NCBI GenBank assembly: GCA_028289375.1
Contig: JANQQK010000039.1
Coordinates: forward strand, 80,842-144,841
DNA length: 64,000 nucleotides
Origin: Phycisphaerae bacterium
Lineage (GTDB): Bacteria; Planctomycetota; Phycisphaerae; UBA1845
Reading direction: 5' to 3'
In this document: piece by piece, positions 10,279-21,300 of the stretch
How positions within the stretch are numbered: position 1 is the first letter of the stretch
Layout of the letters: every line of letters starts with the position of its first letter
Made by a program: the position numbers and the translations under genes
The notes under the pieces: generated by a model
Database searches by the model: none
Told to the model about the DNA's origin: nothing
What the model saw: only the letters and a program-made list of their open reading frames with translations

Positions 10279-12327
10279 ATGAATTTCCTCACCCCGACAA
10301 CGGTGGCGATTGCGGCGGCCCTTTCGATTCCGCCGCTTGTCGCGCTCTATTTTCTCAAGCTCAAACGGCAGCGCTATGCGATTTCGTCGACGCTGCTGTG
10401 GAAAAAGGCCATCGAGGATCTGCACGTCAATTCCCCGTTTCAGCGGTTGCGGACGAGTCTGCTGCTGCTGCTGCAACTGCTCGTCCTGGCATTGGCGGCA
10501 CTTGCCTTGGGGCAACCCATGATGGCGATCGAGCGCGAACGCGAGAAGTCGCTCATCCTCATCATCGACCAATCAGCATCGATGGCTGTCGTCGAGGAAG
10601 ACCAACTCACCCGTCTCGACATCGCCAAACGCGAAGCCGCACGCGTCGTCGACAACATGGACGAGAACAGCCGCGCCATGGTCATCGCGTTCTGCGACCG
10701 TGCCACCATGGTCTCCTCCTTCGATACCGACAAGGACGCCCTCAAACGCAAAATCGACTCCATCGACCAGACCGACAGCACCTCCATGCTCGCAGAAGCC
10801 ATCAACCTCGCCGAAGCCTATTCGCAGAACATCATCATCGGCGGTGACAAGGCCGGCACCGACGTCATTCCCGAAGCGTCAGCCACCGCCTCGGTCATGC
10901 TCTTTACCGACGGCCGCGTGGCCGACGCCGACGAGGTATCGCCACAACGTCTCGACCTGACCAACATGGAAGTCGTCAAGATCGGGCAGCGATCCGACAA
11001 CGTCGGCATCGTCACGATGAACGCCATGCGCAACTACGAAAAGCCTGAATTCCTGCAGGTGTTCGCAAGCGTCCGCAATTTCTCCGATCAGCCCGCGTCC
11101 GTCGACGCCACGCTCTACTTCGACGGCGAACACATGGACGTGCAATCCGTAGACCTGTCTCCCGGTATCGCTCCCCCTTCCGACGACGAGAACGCCCAAC
11201 CAACAGACAACGGCAACGACGTCGTCCCTCCGGGGTCAATGGCGTCCATCGCGTTTGATGAGATCGAATTTGCCTCCGCCGGCGTCGTCGAAATCCGCAT
11301 CAATGCTCAGGACGCGCTCGCCAGCGACAACCGCGCCTTCGCAATCGTCCCCCCATCGCGGCGTGTGAGCATACTGCTCGTCACCGAAGGCCGCTGGCAA
11401 CTGACCGACCTGATGTCGATCCTCAACGTCGATGCCCAAATCATGACGCCGTTCGAGTACGAGAACGCCGACGACGAATTGCTCGCCGACGGCACGCGAT
11501 CTCGCTTCGATGTCGTCATCATCGAAAATCACCGTACCGACCGCCTGTCGACCGGCAACTACTTTTTCATCGGACAAGCCCCGATCATGGAAGGCGTGCG
11601 TGATCTCGGCATCGTCGACGACGAGGTCTTCATCGACTGGGACGACACGCACCCCATCCTCCGCCACACCGCCGTCGGCGTCATCGACATCTTCGAACAC
11701 TGGCGACGACTACGCCTGCCCTCCGAAGCCACCATCCTCATCGAAGGCAGTTCGCCCGATTCCAATGTGCTCTCGCTTCTGTCACGCGATGGCAGCCGAT
11801 TTCTGATCTGCGCCTTCGGACTCGTCGTGGAAAACGATGAAGGTGAGCAGGTGCTCAACACCGCCTGGATGCTCGATCCCGGCTTCATCATGTTCATGAT
11901 GGACGCGATCGATTTCCTGTCGTCGAGCATTTCCACGCAATCACTCGCCAGCCTCGGCCCCGGCGAACCGCAGGTCGTCCCCGTGCCACCGGACACCGAC
12001 TACGTCACCGTTCTGCGACCAGACAACAAGACCGAGCGCCTGCCCACCGCCGGCACCCAGCGCGTCACCTACGCGCGCACGCGTCGTACCGGAACCTACA
12101 CGTTCTCACCCGGCATCGACGGCAAGGACCAGATCGCCGTCAACCTCTTCAACGACAACGAAAGTCTCGTTCGCCCCACAACGAGCTTCGCCATCGGCTC
12201 AAGCCCCATCGCCTCCACCGAAGGCGCCAACCTCGTCGACGAGCCACTCTGGCCCTGGTTTGTGATGGGATTGCTTCTGATCTGTCTGCTGGAGTGGGTG
12301 ATTTACAACAAACGCGTGTTCGTCTGA
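10279..12327 (+). CDS. BatA-N-terminal-domain / VWA-domain membrane protein
   Basis: ATG at 10279, 1 nt after the DUF58 stop. N-terminus MNFLTPTTVAIAAALSIPPLVALYFLKLKRQ. VWA with MIDAS motif DQSAS (LILIIDQSASM). C-terminal TM helix LWPWFVMGLLLICLLEWVIY. Confidence 0.75.
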   Translation: MNFLTPTTVAIAAALSIPPLVALYFLKLKRQRYAISSTLLWKKAIEDLHVNSPFQRLRTSLLLLLQLLVLALAALALGQPMMAIEREREKSLILIIDQSASMAVVEEDQLTRLDIAKREAARVVDNMDENSRAMVIAFCDRATMVSSFDTDKDALKRKIDSIDQTDSTSMLAEAINLAEAYSQNIIIGGDKAGTDVIPEASATASVMLFTDGRVADADEVSPQRLDLTNMEVVKIGQRSDNVGIVTMNAMRNYEKPEFLQVFASVRNFSDQPASVDATLYFDGEHMDVQSVDLSPGIAPPSDDENAQPTDNGNDVVPPGSMASIAFDEIEFASAGVVEIRINAQDALASDNRAFAIVPPSRRVSILLVTEGRWQLTDLMSILNVDAQIMTPFEYENADDELLADGTRSRFDVVIIENHRTDRLSTGNYFFIGQAPIMEGVRDLGIVDDEVFIDWDDTHPILRHTAVGVIDIFEHWRRLRLPSEATILIEGSSPDSNVLSLLSRDGSRFLICAFGLVVENDEGEQVLNTAWMLDPGFIMFMMDAIDFLSSSISTQSLASLGPGEPQVVPVPPDTDYVTVLRPDNKTERLPTAGTQRVTYARTRRTGTYTFSPGIDGKDQIAVNLFNDNESLVRPTTSFAIGSSPIASTEGANLVDEPLWPWFVMGLLLICLLEWVIYNKRVFV

Positions 12328-13049
12328 TCGGCAGGCGTGGTCGCCCGCATCCCACCGCTGAAATGCAATTCGTTCATGGTTCGGCGTACACCAGTCATGC
12401 GCGGGTGAATCCGCAGCGCTTCGCGATAGCTGCCGATCGCACGATCAACGTCGCCGAGTTGGGCGTATGCATGCCCCATACCCGCCAACGCACCGAAATG
12501 GCAGGCGTTCAGTCCTACCGCCCTCTTCGCGTCCGCCAATGCGCCCACGTAGTCATCGGCCAAGTACCGCGCCATCGAGCGTTGGTTGTACGCTTCGGCG
12601 CACTCCGGATCACGCTCGATGATATCGCTGAGAAGAATGGCCGCCTCGGGATGATCCCCTTCACTCATTTTGCGCATGGCATCAAACAACTTGTCGCGCG
12701 CCGCAACATCCACCGAATCAAACCAAATGCCCCAAAGGGCGTCTTCGGCGGCGTCGGCCACTTCGGCGTCGTCATCTCCCAACGCCGAGACGAGCGGAAA
12801 AACCGACGGCGTATCGCCCCAGACACCGAGGCAATACGCCGCCACCTTCGCCACTTCGCGGTCGCCCGACGCGAGCAGTTCCGCCAACGCGTCGACCGAC
12901 CAATCCCAATGCAGATACGCGCGCAATCCGTCGCGATCATCATGCGCGAGGTACGCACGCGTCTCCGCGAGTAGATCGTACCCCGTCAATTCCATTTCCG
13001 TGCACGTTGCCATGTCCACAGTTGTCGTTCCGTTAAGCTGCCCAAACAT
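12303..13049 (-). CDS. HEAT-like / TPR repeat protein
   Basis: HEAT-like segment (REVAKVAAYCLGVWGDTPSVFPLVSALGDDDAEVADAAEDALWGIW) followed by TPR units (AEAYNQRSMARYLADDYVGALADAKRAVGLN, ALAGMGHAYAQLGDVDRAIGSYREALRIHP). Its 3' end overlaps the convergent gene by 25 nt. Confidence 0.6.
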   Translation of the reverse strand: MFGQLNGTTTVDMATCTEMELTGYDLLAETRAYLAHDDRDGLRAYLHWDWSVDALAELLASGDREVAKVAAYCLGVWGDTPSVFPLVSALGDDDAEVADAAEDALWGIWFDSVDVAARDKLFDAMRKMSEGDHPEAAILLSDIIERDPECAEAYNQRSMARYLADDYVGALADAKRAVGLNACHFGALAGMGHAYAQLGDVDRAIGSYREALRIHPRMTGVRRTMNELHFSGGMRATTPADQTNTRLL

Positions 13050-13207
13050 GTGACGACAGCGGCAACTCGCTGACGCCTGCCCCGGATGAGTATATGATCG
13101 TAGGACCGCCGGCGCGGCCAGGTCAAATCGAAATCAGATCGGAAACCGCGGAATCAGATGCATTATCTGACCTGCACAGCAACCGACGACAAGTACCGAC
13201 AAACACC

Positions 13208-13819
13208 ATGACCCCACAAACATCGGCCAACAACGTCCTTGCGGTTCTGCCGATTTCACGCGGGCGTGCCATCAACCGCGCACTGCTGCGGCTGATCCCC
13301 GCCGTTGTGATGCTGATGATCGCATCAAACGTCTTTTCAGGCCTGAACCTGACGCCCACCGCCGTCTCGAACCGCATCACCGACTACAGCAAATTGATTC
13401 TGATCTTGCCATTGGCGCTTGGCGGATTGCTTATCGGACTGAACGGTGCGCGATGGCTGATCACCGCGTGTTGGCCTGGCGAACTTGGCGTGGTTGCCTC
13501 AACGAAGGGTATCACGTTGCACCTTGGGGCGATGGCCTCACCGCACTACCCCATCGACGCGCTGACCATTCGCTACCTCTTCGAAATGGACACCGACGAA
13601 CTCGACGAGGATCTTATCTACGAAGCCCTGCAACCACCCGAGAAGCAGATGGCCGAGATGCTCCCGCGGATTTATGTCACCGGCGAACGTGAACCCCTCA
13701 ACAACCAGCTCATTCAGCTCTGTTCGGGAAACGAAGCGCAGTTGGCCGCTGCGTTGAAACCATTCGTCGACTTTCATCGCCCCAACATCGAGTGGGACGA
13801 TGATGACGACGACGAATGA
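13208..13819 (+). CDS. hypothetical membrane protein with poly-acidic C-terminus
   Basis: ATG at 13208 is preferred over the alternative start at 13094. Two hydrophobic helices (LLRLIPAVVMLMIASNVFSGL, LILILPLALGGLLIGLNGARWLI). Ends in EWDDDDDDE. No family recognised. Confidence 0.45.
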   Translation: MTPQTSANNVLAVLPISRGRAINRALLRLIPAVVMLMIASNVFSGLNLTPTAVSNRITDYSKLILILPLALGGLLIGLNGARWLITACWPGELGVVASTKGITLHLGAMASPHYPIDALTIRYLFEMDTDELDEDLIYEALQPPEKQMAEMLPRIYVTGEREPLNNQLIQLCSGNEAQLAAALKPFVDFHRPNIEWDDDDDDE

Positions 13820-13843
13820 TCGGCCGTCGCAACTGCTCGCCCC

Positions 13844-16800
13844 CTACCGCTTACCGTGACATTGCTTGTACTTCTTGCCGCTGCCGCACGGGCAAGGATC
13901 ATTACGACCGACCTTCGGTTCATCGCGGCGAATCGTCTCGGTCTTCTGCGGCGCATTCTGCGCCTTCATCGCCGCCTGCTCATCCTGCGACGCTGCCGCG
14001 AATGCGCCGCCGGTTGCATCGGCGTGCTGGTAATTCACCGGCGCCTGAGGACCGGTCGTCACGGTCCCGGACGTTCCAGCCGGCCCTCCGCCCTGCGGAC
14101 CGCCCGCCCGAAGTTTGAAAATGATGTCGGTCACGCGTGACCGGATCAGCGTCCACATCTGATCGAAGAACTCACGACCTTCGATCGCATACTGACTCTG
14201 CGGGTGCGTCTGGTCACCGCCCATAGGCCGCTGCATGATCGCCGTCTTCAACCGGTCCATTTCCCACAGATGGTCCTTCCACGACTGATCGTAAATCCGC
14301 AGCAGGATGTAACGCTCCAACTGCGTCAACTCATACCGCAGCATCAACTGCCCGGCCTCAATCAGCACCGTTCGTGGATCCTCCCCATCCTGCAACTTCT
14401 TTGCATGATCAGCATGAAACGCTCGCTGATACCGCTTGCGTGCCCACTCGATCAGCTCATCGCCCTCATGCTCGGACAACGCCTGATCGATCTCGGACTC
14501 CAGCTTGCCGCCTTCCATGTAGTCGCGCTGAAGCTGCATGATTTGGTTCGTGATGTCCTCGATCGCACGATTCTGCAACTCCTCGACCTTGAGGTTTACG
14601 TTGTATTTGACGTTCGCCCAACGACAGACCACTTCGCAAGCCTGAGCATTATCCGAACCGGTCCCGCCAAATGCCTGTCCAATCGCATTCTCGACAGGCA
14701 TCCGCAACTCGCGATCGCGATACTTGGCCCGAACACGCTCACCGACCAGTTGAATCGCGTCTTCCGGAGAGATGTCACTCACTTCAGACGTATCAAGCTC
14801 GATGTCGAACTTTCCGCGTGCCCACTCCGCCAACTGCGATGGACCATGATCCGAAGACGCAAAGGCCTCTACGCCGCCGAGATCAACCTCGTCGTAGAAC
14901 GTCTCCGCGGCTTCGGTCAGGGCATCCTCGATGTCGCGCGGGTCCATCTTGCGAAGCTGATTCTGCGTAAACGAGAACTGATACGCCTTCTGTGCCCAGC
15001 GAATCAATCCGCCAACGTCCCACGCCGACGATTCCTCGTCCGCATCGATGAACTCCACCAGCGACGTGCGAATCGACTCGCGGGCCTCATCCTTGGCAAC
15101 CTTGCGGATGCGTTCCTCGGTGCGTTCCAGATCATCGACGTAGATGTCATCCACACCCACCGAGACGTCGAACTGCGCACGTACCCAGTTTGCAATGCAG
15201 TGCGCGCGATAGTCCGAACCCAGAAAGTCCGAAACGCTTTCGTCAATCGCATCGTCAATGATCTCGAAGATGATCGGAGCAATATCCGCATCGGCCAACA
15301 CTTCCTGACGCTTGCTGTAGAAGTCCTTGCGCTGGAAGTCCATCGGCTCGTCCCATTCGAGCAGATGCTTGCGCGTCGAGAAGTTGCGTTCCTCAACCTT
15401 ACGCTGCGCCCGTTCGATGCCCTTGCTCAGCCGCTTGTCCTCAAGACTCGTGCCGTCGGTAAAACCGAGCTTCTCCATCGTCTTGATCATCCAGTCCGGC
15501 ATGAACAGCTTGATGAGATCATCTTCGAGCGAGATGAAGAATCGGGACGAACCAGGGTCACCCTGTCGGCCGGCACGACCGCGAAGCTGATTGTCGATAC
15601 GCCGCGCCTCATGACGTTCCGTACCGATGATGTGCAATCCGCATGGCGAATTCAGCGCACACACCTTTCGGCCAATCTCCGGGAATCGCGGATCGAGCTT
15701 CGGCTTGTAGCAATGCGCACAATTCGTGGCCGGGTCGTATTCCTCGCATTTGATGCAGCACTTCGTCGAACCGATCGGGTAGAGATCATTGGCACGCCCC
15801 TCTTCGGTGACCTTGCAGTTCTCATACACCACGCCCTGTTCGAGTTTGATATCCGTACCGCGACCAGCCATGTTCGTCGCGATGGTGACGTTGCCAATGG
15901 GCGACTTGTCAGCCCCGCGTGTTGGCAGTTGCCGATGCCCCGCCTTAGCGACGATCTCGGCCTCTCGCGCATGGTTCTTGGCGTTCAACACCTCGTGATC
16001 AATGCCGTACCGCTTCTCCAGCAGCGCGGAGATCTTTTCAGACTTTTCAACGCTCGTTGTACCCACAAGCACCGGTCGCCCCTTCGCAAGATCGCCCATG
16101 GCTTCATCGTAGGTCTCGAGCATGAAGTTGATGACCTTCTGATCGCCCTCTTCGGCGTTGTTGAACTGACGGATCGCCTCGTCGACGCGCGACGTGTCCT
16201 GCCCGAGGTTCGACATCACTGGCTTGAGCTTGTTGAACAAGTCGAACATCAGGAACGGATCGCGAGGCCGCCCCTTCCGGCGCATCTCGTGAATCTCGTC
16301 GACGATGGCGTTGTACTTCTGATCACCATTGCGGAACATCTTGTCGTTGTGGTCGACGCGGTTGACCGGGCGATTCGTCGGAATCTGAATCACTTCCAGC
16401 TTGTATATCTTCAGAAACTCCTCCGACTCGGTCGCCGCCGTCCCGGTCATCCCCGACAGATATGTGTACAGCTTGAAGAAGTTCTGAATCGTGATCGTCG
16501 CGAGCGTCTGCGTCTCCTGTTTGATCGGGACATTTTCCTTTGCCTCGACGGCTTGGTGCAGTCCGTCCGACCACTGCCGACCAATCATCAGTCGCCCCGT
16601 GTTCTCGTCGACGATGATCACCTCGCGATTCTGCACGACGTAGTCCTTGTCGCGCTCGTAGACGATGTGCGCCCGCAGCGACTGCTCGATCAGGTGCGGA
16701 CGATCCATGTTCGTCCCGACATAGAAACTGCCAATCCCCGCCTCATCCTGCGCAATCGCAACGCCCTCGTGCGTCAGCGAAACGGCCTTGCGATCCTGCT

Positions 16801-17752
16801 GCACCACGTAGCACTGTTTGTGGCCGATGCCTTCCGCCTCTTCCTCGCCGACCATGTTCGGGTCGATCCCGAATCGCCGAACGGCATCCATCGCCTTTGG
16901 ATTCTGCGTCACCTGTTCCGGCAGATCCTCTCCCCACTCTGCCAGCCGAGCCTTCGTCTCCTTGTTGAACTCGGCCTGCTTGCGCACGAGAAGCCGTGCC
17001 AGGTTGTCGGCCCACTTGTACCGATTCGGATCATCCACGGCTGGTCCGGAGATGATCAGCGGCGTTCGCGCCTCGTCGATCAGCGTCGAGTCCACCTCGT
17101 CGACGATCGCAAAATCAAGCCGGCCCTGCACCTGCTCGACATGCCGCATCTTCATGTTGTCGCGCAGGTAGTCGAACCCGAACTCGCTTGTCGTCCCATA
17201 CGTAATGTCGCACGCATATTCCTTCGCCCGAATGCCCTCACGACCACCCGGGTCGACCTGAGACTGAATGTAGCCCACGGTCACACCCAGCGGTTCCATG
17301 ACCGCCGCGGCAAACTCGGCATCGCGCTTTACCAGATAGTCATTGACCGTGACGATGTGCACCTTGTCACCCATCACGACGCGCAGATACGCAGCAAGGT
17401 GACAGACAATCGACTTGCCTTCACCCGTCCGCATCTCCGCCACCGAACCGTCGTACAGCACCTTGCCGCCGATCAGCTGGCAGTTGAAGTGCCGATGCTC
17501 TTTCGCACGACGCGACGCTTCGCGCATCACCGCAAACGCCTCAGGCAGCAGCGCATCAGCCGACTCGCCATTCTTGGCGCGCTGTTTGAACTCGTCCGTT
17601 TTCGCGCGGAGCTGTTCGTTGGACAACGCCCTCGTCTGCTCCTCGATCGCCTCCACGGAGTCTGCCACCAACCGCAGTCTCTTGAGCAGACGGTCATTCC
17701 GCGACCCGAAGCACTTGTCCAACACCTTGCCGATAACCGATTGCAGTGACAT
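13844..17752 (-). CDS. secA: preprotein translocase ATPase SecA (expanded, 1302 aa)
   Basis: N-terminus [16 protein letters not shown]. Walker [72 protein letters not shown]-terminal zinc finger [15 protein letters not shown]. Confidence 0.95.
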   Translation of the reverse strand: MSLQSVIGKVLDKCFGSRNDRLLKRLRLVADSVEAIEEQTRALSNEQLRAKTDEFKQRAKNGESADALLPEAFAVMREASRRAKEHRHFNCQLIGGKVLYDGSVAEMRTGEGKSIVCHLAAYLRVVMGDKVHIVTVNDYLVKRDAEFAAAVMEPLGVTVGYIQSQVDPGGREGIRAKEYACDITYGTTSEFGFDYLRDNMKMRHVEQVQGRLDFAIVDEVDSTLIDEARTPLIISGPAVDDPNRYKWADNLARLLVRKQAEFNKETKARLAEWGEDLPEQVTQNPKAMDAVRRFGIDPNMVGEEEAEGIGHKQCYVVQQDRKAVSLTHEGVAIAQDEAGIGSFYVGTNMDRPHLIEQSLRAHIVYERDKDYVVQNREVIIVDENTGRLMIGRQWSDGLHQAVEAKENVPIKQETQTLATITIQNFFKLYTYLSGMTGTAATESEEFLKIYKLEVIQIPTNRPVNRVDHNDKMFRNGDQKYNAIVDEIHEMRRKGRPRDPFLMFDLFNKLKPVMSNLGQDTSRVDEAIRQFNNAEEGDQKVINFMLETYDEAMGDLAKGRPVLVGTTSVEKSEKISALLEKRYGIDHEVLNAKNHAREAEIVAKAGHRQLPTRGADKSPIGNVTIATNMAGRGTDIKLEQGVVYENCKVTEEGRANDLYPIGSTKCCIKCEEYDPATNCAHCYKPKLDPRFPEIGRKVCALNSPCGLHIIGTERHEARRIDNQLRGRAGRQGDPGSSRFFISLEDDLIKLFMPDWMIKTMEKLGFTDGTSLEDKRLSKGIERAQRKVEERNFSTRKHLLEWDEPMDFQRKDFYSKRQEVLADADIAPIIFEIIDDAIDESVSDFLGSDYRAHCIANWVRAQFDVSVGVDDIYVDDLERTEERIRKVAKDEARESIRTSLVEFIDADEESSAWDVGGLIRWAQKAYQFSFTQNQLRKMDPRDIEDALTEAAETFYDEVDLGGVEAFASSDHGPSQLAEWARGKFDIELDTSEVSDISPEDAIQLVGERVRAKYRDRELRMPVENAIGQAFGGTGSDNAQACEVVCRWANVKYNVNLKVEELQNRAIEDITNQIMQLQRDYMEGGKLESEIDQALSEHEGDELIEWARKRYQRAFHADHAKKLQDGEDPRTVLIEAGQLMLRYELTQLERYILLRIYDQSWKDHLWEMDRLKTAIMQRPMGGDQTHPQSQYAIEGREFFDQMWTLIRSRVTDIIFKLRAGGPQGGGPAGTSGTVTTGPQAPVNYQHADATGGAFAAASQDEQAAMKAQNAPQKTETIRRDEPKVGRNDPCPCGSGKKYKQCHGKR

Positions 17753-17881
17753 ACCCGGTCCCTGATTCTGATGACGCTCTCGAGCCGCACCCGCCCACTG
17801 TCAGGACGCAGAGCAACCCGTCAAAAACGCTGAAAATGAAGTTGAACACAAGAAGACGACGTCGAAGTATGCCCGGACACC

Positions 17882-18193
17882 TTACGGACCGTGAAGACCA
17901 CCAAGCATCGCCGTCTGCAGCGCATCAATCTCGCGAATCGAGACAATGACCGCACAAACCGAGAAATGGGCAGGACGCAGCATGTCATCGCCAGCCGGAG
18001 GAAGCGCCGCCGCTTCAGGTGAAACCGCCGCATCGATGACATTCAGATCGGCATGGAAAATCGACGGAACGTCGACAGACTGTTGGCCGCGACGCGAAAC
18101 GTCCGCATTGGCCGCCGTCGCAACGAGCAGCACGCCCGCCACACCCAGCAATCCCATACCCACGCCTGAAATGGTGCGTCCGCGATTGGCCAT
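17882..18193 (-). CDS. small hypothetical secreted protein
   Basis: ATG at 18193 gives the signal-peptide-like N-terminus MANRGRTISGVGMGLLGVAGVLLVATAANA. GC-rich third positions match neighbouring genes. Lies between the FG-GAP gene and secA on the same strand. No family recognised. Confidence 0.35.
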   Translation of the reverse strand: MANRGRTISGVGMGLLGVAGVLLVATAANADVSRRGQQSVDVPSIFHADLNVIDAAVSPEAAALPPAGDDMLRPAHFSVCAVIVSIREIDALQTAMLGGLHGP

Positions 18194-18309
18194 CCGTGTC
18201 ATTATGATCCGTCCCGCATGCCTGTAAAGAGCAATCCCCCGACCCACCCATCGGCAGGTACGGGGGAATGACTGATTCCAAAAGTCAGAACGCGTCGGCT
18301 GCGATGCGG

Positions 18310-21300
18310 CTACGGTGCAAAACCGTAGATGAGGTAAACCTCGCCCGCTTCGGTACGTCCCTGCGGACGGGCCAGAATCGACCCGAGCAGCACGTCCGCC
18401 CGGCCATCGCCATCCACATCACCCGCCGGCCCCACGCCAAACGAGCGAAACTGCTGGGCGTTTCGCAGGCTCGCACCACCGCCAAGCTGATCACCCGGAT
18501 GCGAGGCGCCGTCCGCACCTTCCCGACCGACGAAAATCACACCGCCGAATTCACTCGTTCCAAGCTGGGCGATGCTCACACGGCGGTTGGTATCCGCCAA
18601 TGACGCAATGTTGTCCGTACCGAAGATCAGGTACACCTGGCCCGCATCGGTCAGCAGGTCCGGATTCCCGTCAAGGTCGACGTCATCCGGTTCACCATCA
18701 CCGAACGGGCTATCCGGATTGGCTTCGTTGATCACATCAATGCCGGCCGTATCAAGCGTACCGTCGTCATTGCTGTCGAACATCGGCGACGCACCCGGAG
18801 CCGCCACCAGCAGGTCATTCATGCCATCGCCGTTGAAGTCGCCCGCAACCGCCACGTTGAACCCGAACTGGTCATTCTGCGCCGCACCGGTGATCGCGAT
18901 CGCTCGCGGATTGCCGAATTCGTCGCTGTCAGCCAGAAGCGCATCGATGTTGACGCCATTCTGCCCCGTGATCAGCGTCGGCGACGAGAAGACGATGATG
19001 ATCTCGCCCGTGCTGCTGTTGGCACGCGGATTCGGAATGATCAAGTCGTCTGCCCCATCACCGTTGAAGTCGATCGTCCGGTTCGTCAGCGAACCATCTT
19101 CGTTGACCACCTGAAGACTCTTGGTCAGAACCTCGCCGAGACGCTCATTGGCCCGACCATTGATCAACAAGCCATCCAGACGATCGGGATCGGTCAGCGA
19201 CAGCGACAACGTATCCAGAACGAAGTCACCCTCGATCACCGACTGCCGCCGGAACAGAACACTGACATTGCCGGCGTTGCCATTCGCCGCCGGCCCGCCA
19301 ACGACAAAATCGCTTCGTCCATCCTGATCGAAGTCCGCAATGCCCTCGACCTCTTCAATCTGGTAGTTGTTGCCACCCAGAATGCGAAGCGGCGACGGAG
19401 ATGTCTCAAACACCTGGTCACGCACGTCACCATCCGTACCGCAATGACTGCGCGAGTTCTTCAACTGCGTCGCCGGATCAATCGCCGCAACAGTCGAATC
19501 GACGCGCGCCGGGAACGGGCCAACCTGGTACTGGAACGGCGTCGGCGGACGAAGACCATCCTTTTCGGGCGTATCCGGATTATCCCATGGCTCCACATCC
19601 GGATCAGGCCAGATGTTCCGCATGTTGATCAGATACATCACGCCCGGATTCGTCGGATTGGGAATCGCCATCGGAAACGCCGGCACTTCAACGTTAACCA
19701 CCGGTTCACGATTCGGCGCACTGATGATCACAAACCCGCCACTGACCGCGATGGTCGAGCCGAACTTGTCACCCGTCTGCTGCGGGCCACCACCACCAAC
19801 CGTGCCAGGGTCATTCCCGATCAGTCGGGCTCCCCACGGTGGCACCGCGGAGTTGGGACCGAGGCCGGACTGGTTGCCCGCTTCCGCATCCGGACGGAAC
19901 ACCGGATAAAATCCCGTTCCGAGACGAACATCCGTCGCCATTTCCAACGCAGGAGTGGCACCGGTGACATCCGCAGCCGCAAGTGGACCGGAATTGCGAC
20001 CAAGCCGCGACGCACACGCCCCCCCGTCGTTGGGAATATTGTGGTCGCTGCCTCCCAGTTCATTCAACAATGCGTTCAGCAATGGATCGACCGTCGCATC
20101 AAAACAATCGCACAACGCCCCGGAGTTGGCCGGCGGCGCTGTAAACGAACTGCACAACGTGCCCATGTGATCCGCAAGCGCAGGACTGAACCCAATCTGG
20201 GTGCCAACGAACGTCTCGAAGCACATGTCCGTCCCATCGGGATTGCATGTAATCATCGGCACGCCCATATTGTCCATTTCCTCGCGCGTCCACTGATCGA
20301 TCGGGTAGGCACCGTTGCAACCACGCATGCCTTCCTCATTGTCCGGGAAGTACTCAATCCCCGCAGCCGCAAAGCGCTGTCCGACCAGGTCCAACGGAAC
20401 AACCGATTGATTGATGAAGTCCGCATCGGGATCATCCCCGACAGGCGGATCAAGAAGATTCGGATTCCGGCTCGACACAAACACCACACCGCCACGCTGG
20501 AATTGATTCTGCTTCTCCAGCGAGTTTCGCGCCAAGGGATTGCCTTCGACCAGCAACCGCTGCGTGTGACCACGCGACGAGCAGAAAGGTATACCAAACG
20601 CCAGTTCTGGCACCTGATCTCCATCCTGATCCGGAATCATCCGCACCGTACTCATTCCGTCCGTCTCGGTCGGCGTCGACTCATCGGTGCGAATGCCCGT
20701 AAACGTGATACCCTGAAGGACAGCTTCACCCTCATCATCCGCCGCCCCGACCATGTTCAGACTCTGGATCTCGTTGCGTCGCTCTCCGCCATAAATCATG
20801 TACGACTCGCCGATACCGATACCCGAGTTCGACAGGAAGAATGGCTTGCCAAACCGAGCCCCGATGATGAACTCCGACCGATCATCGGCATTGAAGTCGC
20901 CAGCCGTCGTCACGAATGTCCCAGCGTTGTCAGCGAAGTTAACACCCTGGAATACCTCCGCATCCCGCGCAAAGATCTCATCATCACCCATACCGCGAAG
21001 TCGCTGATTCAACGCATAGATGCCCACGTAGAGCGTTTGCGGCAACGCTGAAACGCGAACAACACCAATGGCCCGCTCCGTGATCACGGTGGGTGGCGTC
21101 AGATCGCTCAGCGTCATCTCCACGAAAATGATGTGCCGCCCCAGAACCTCCGACGTATCCCACGTCGTCGAACCCGAATCCAATCGCAGATTCTCAGCGA
21201 TCAGGATTTCAGGCCCCGTTCCACCATCCGCATCCGTACACGTCGTGCAAGCCCGCGCGAACACCCGAATCGAACGATCGTCCGAAGACGGGACGTTCGT

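Noticed and set aside
12294-12974. 226-aa + strand ORF overlapping the HEAT/TPR gene
   Set aside because: The translation is Arg-rich and featureless, while the - strand frame shows HEAT- and TPR-type repeats.
14204-17749. 1181-aa ORF on the + strand, the longest alternative ORF in the window
   Set aside because: It lies exactly antisense to secA, whose identity is unambiguous. Its translation is Arg/Leu/His-rich with no motifs, as expected for the mirror frame of a GC-rich gene.
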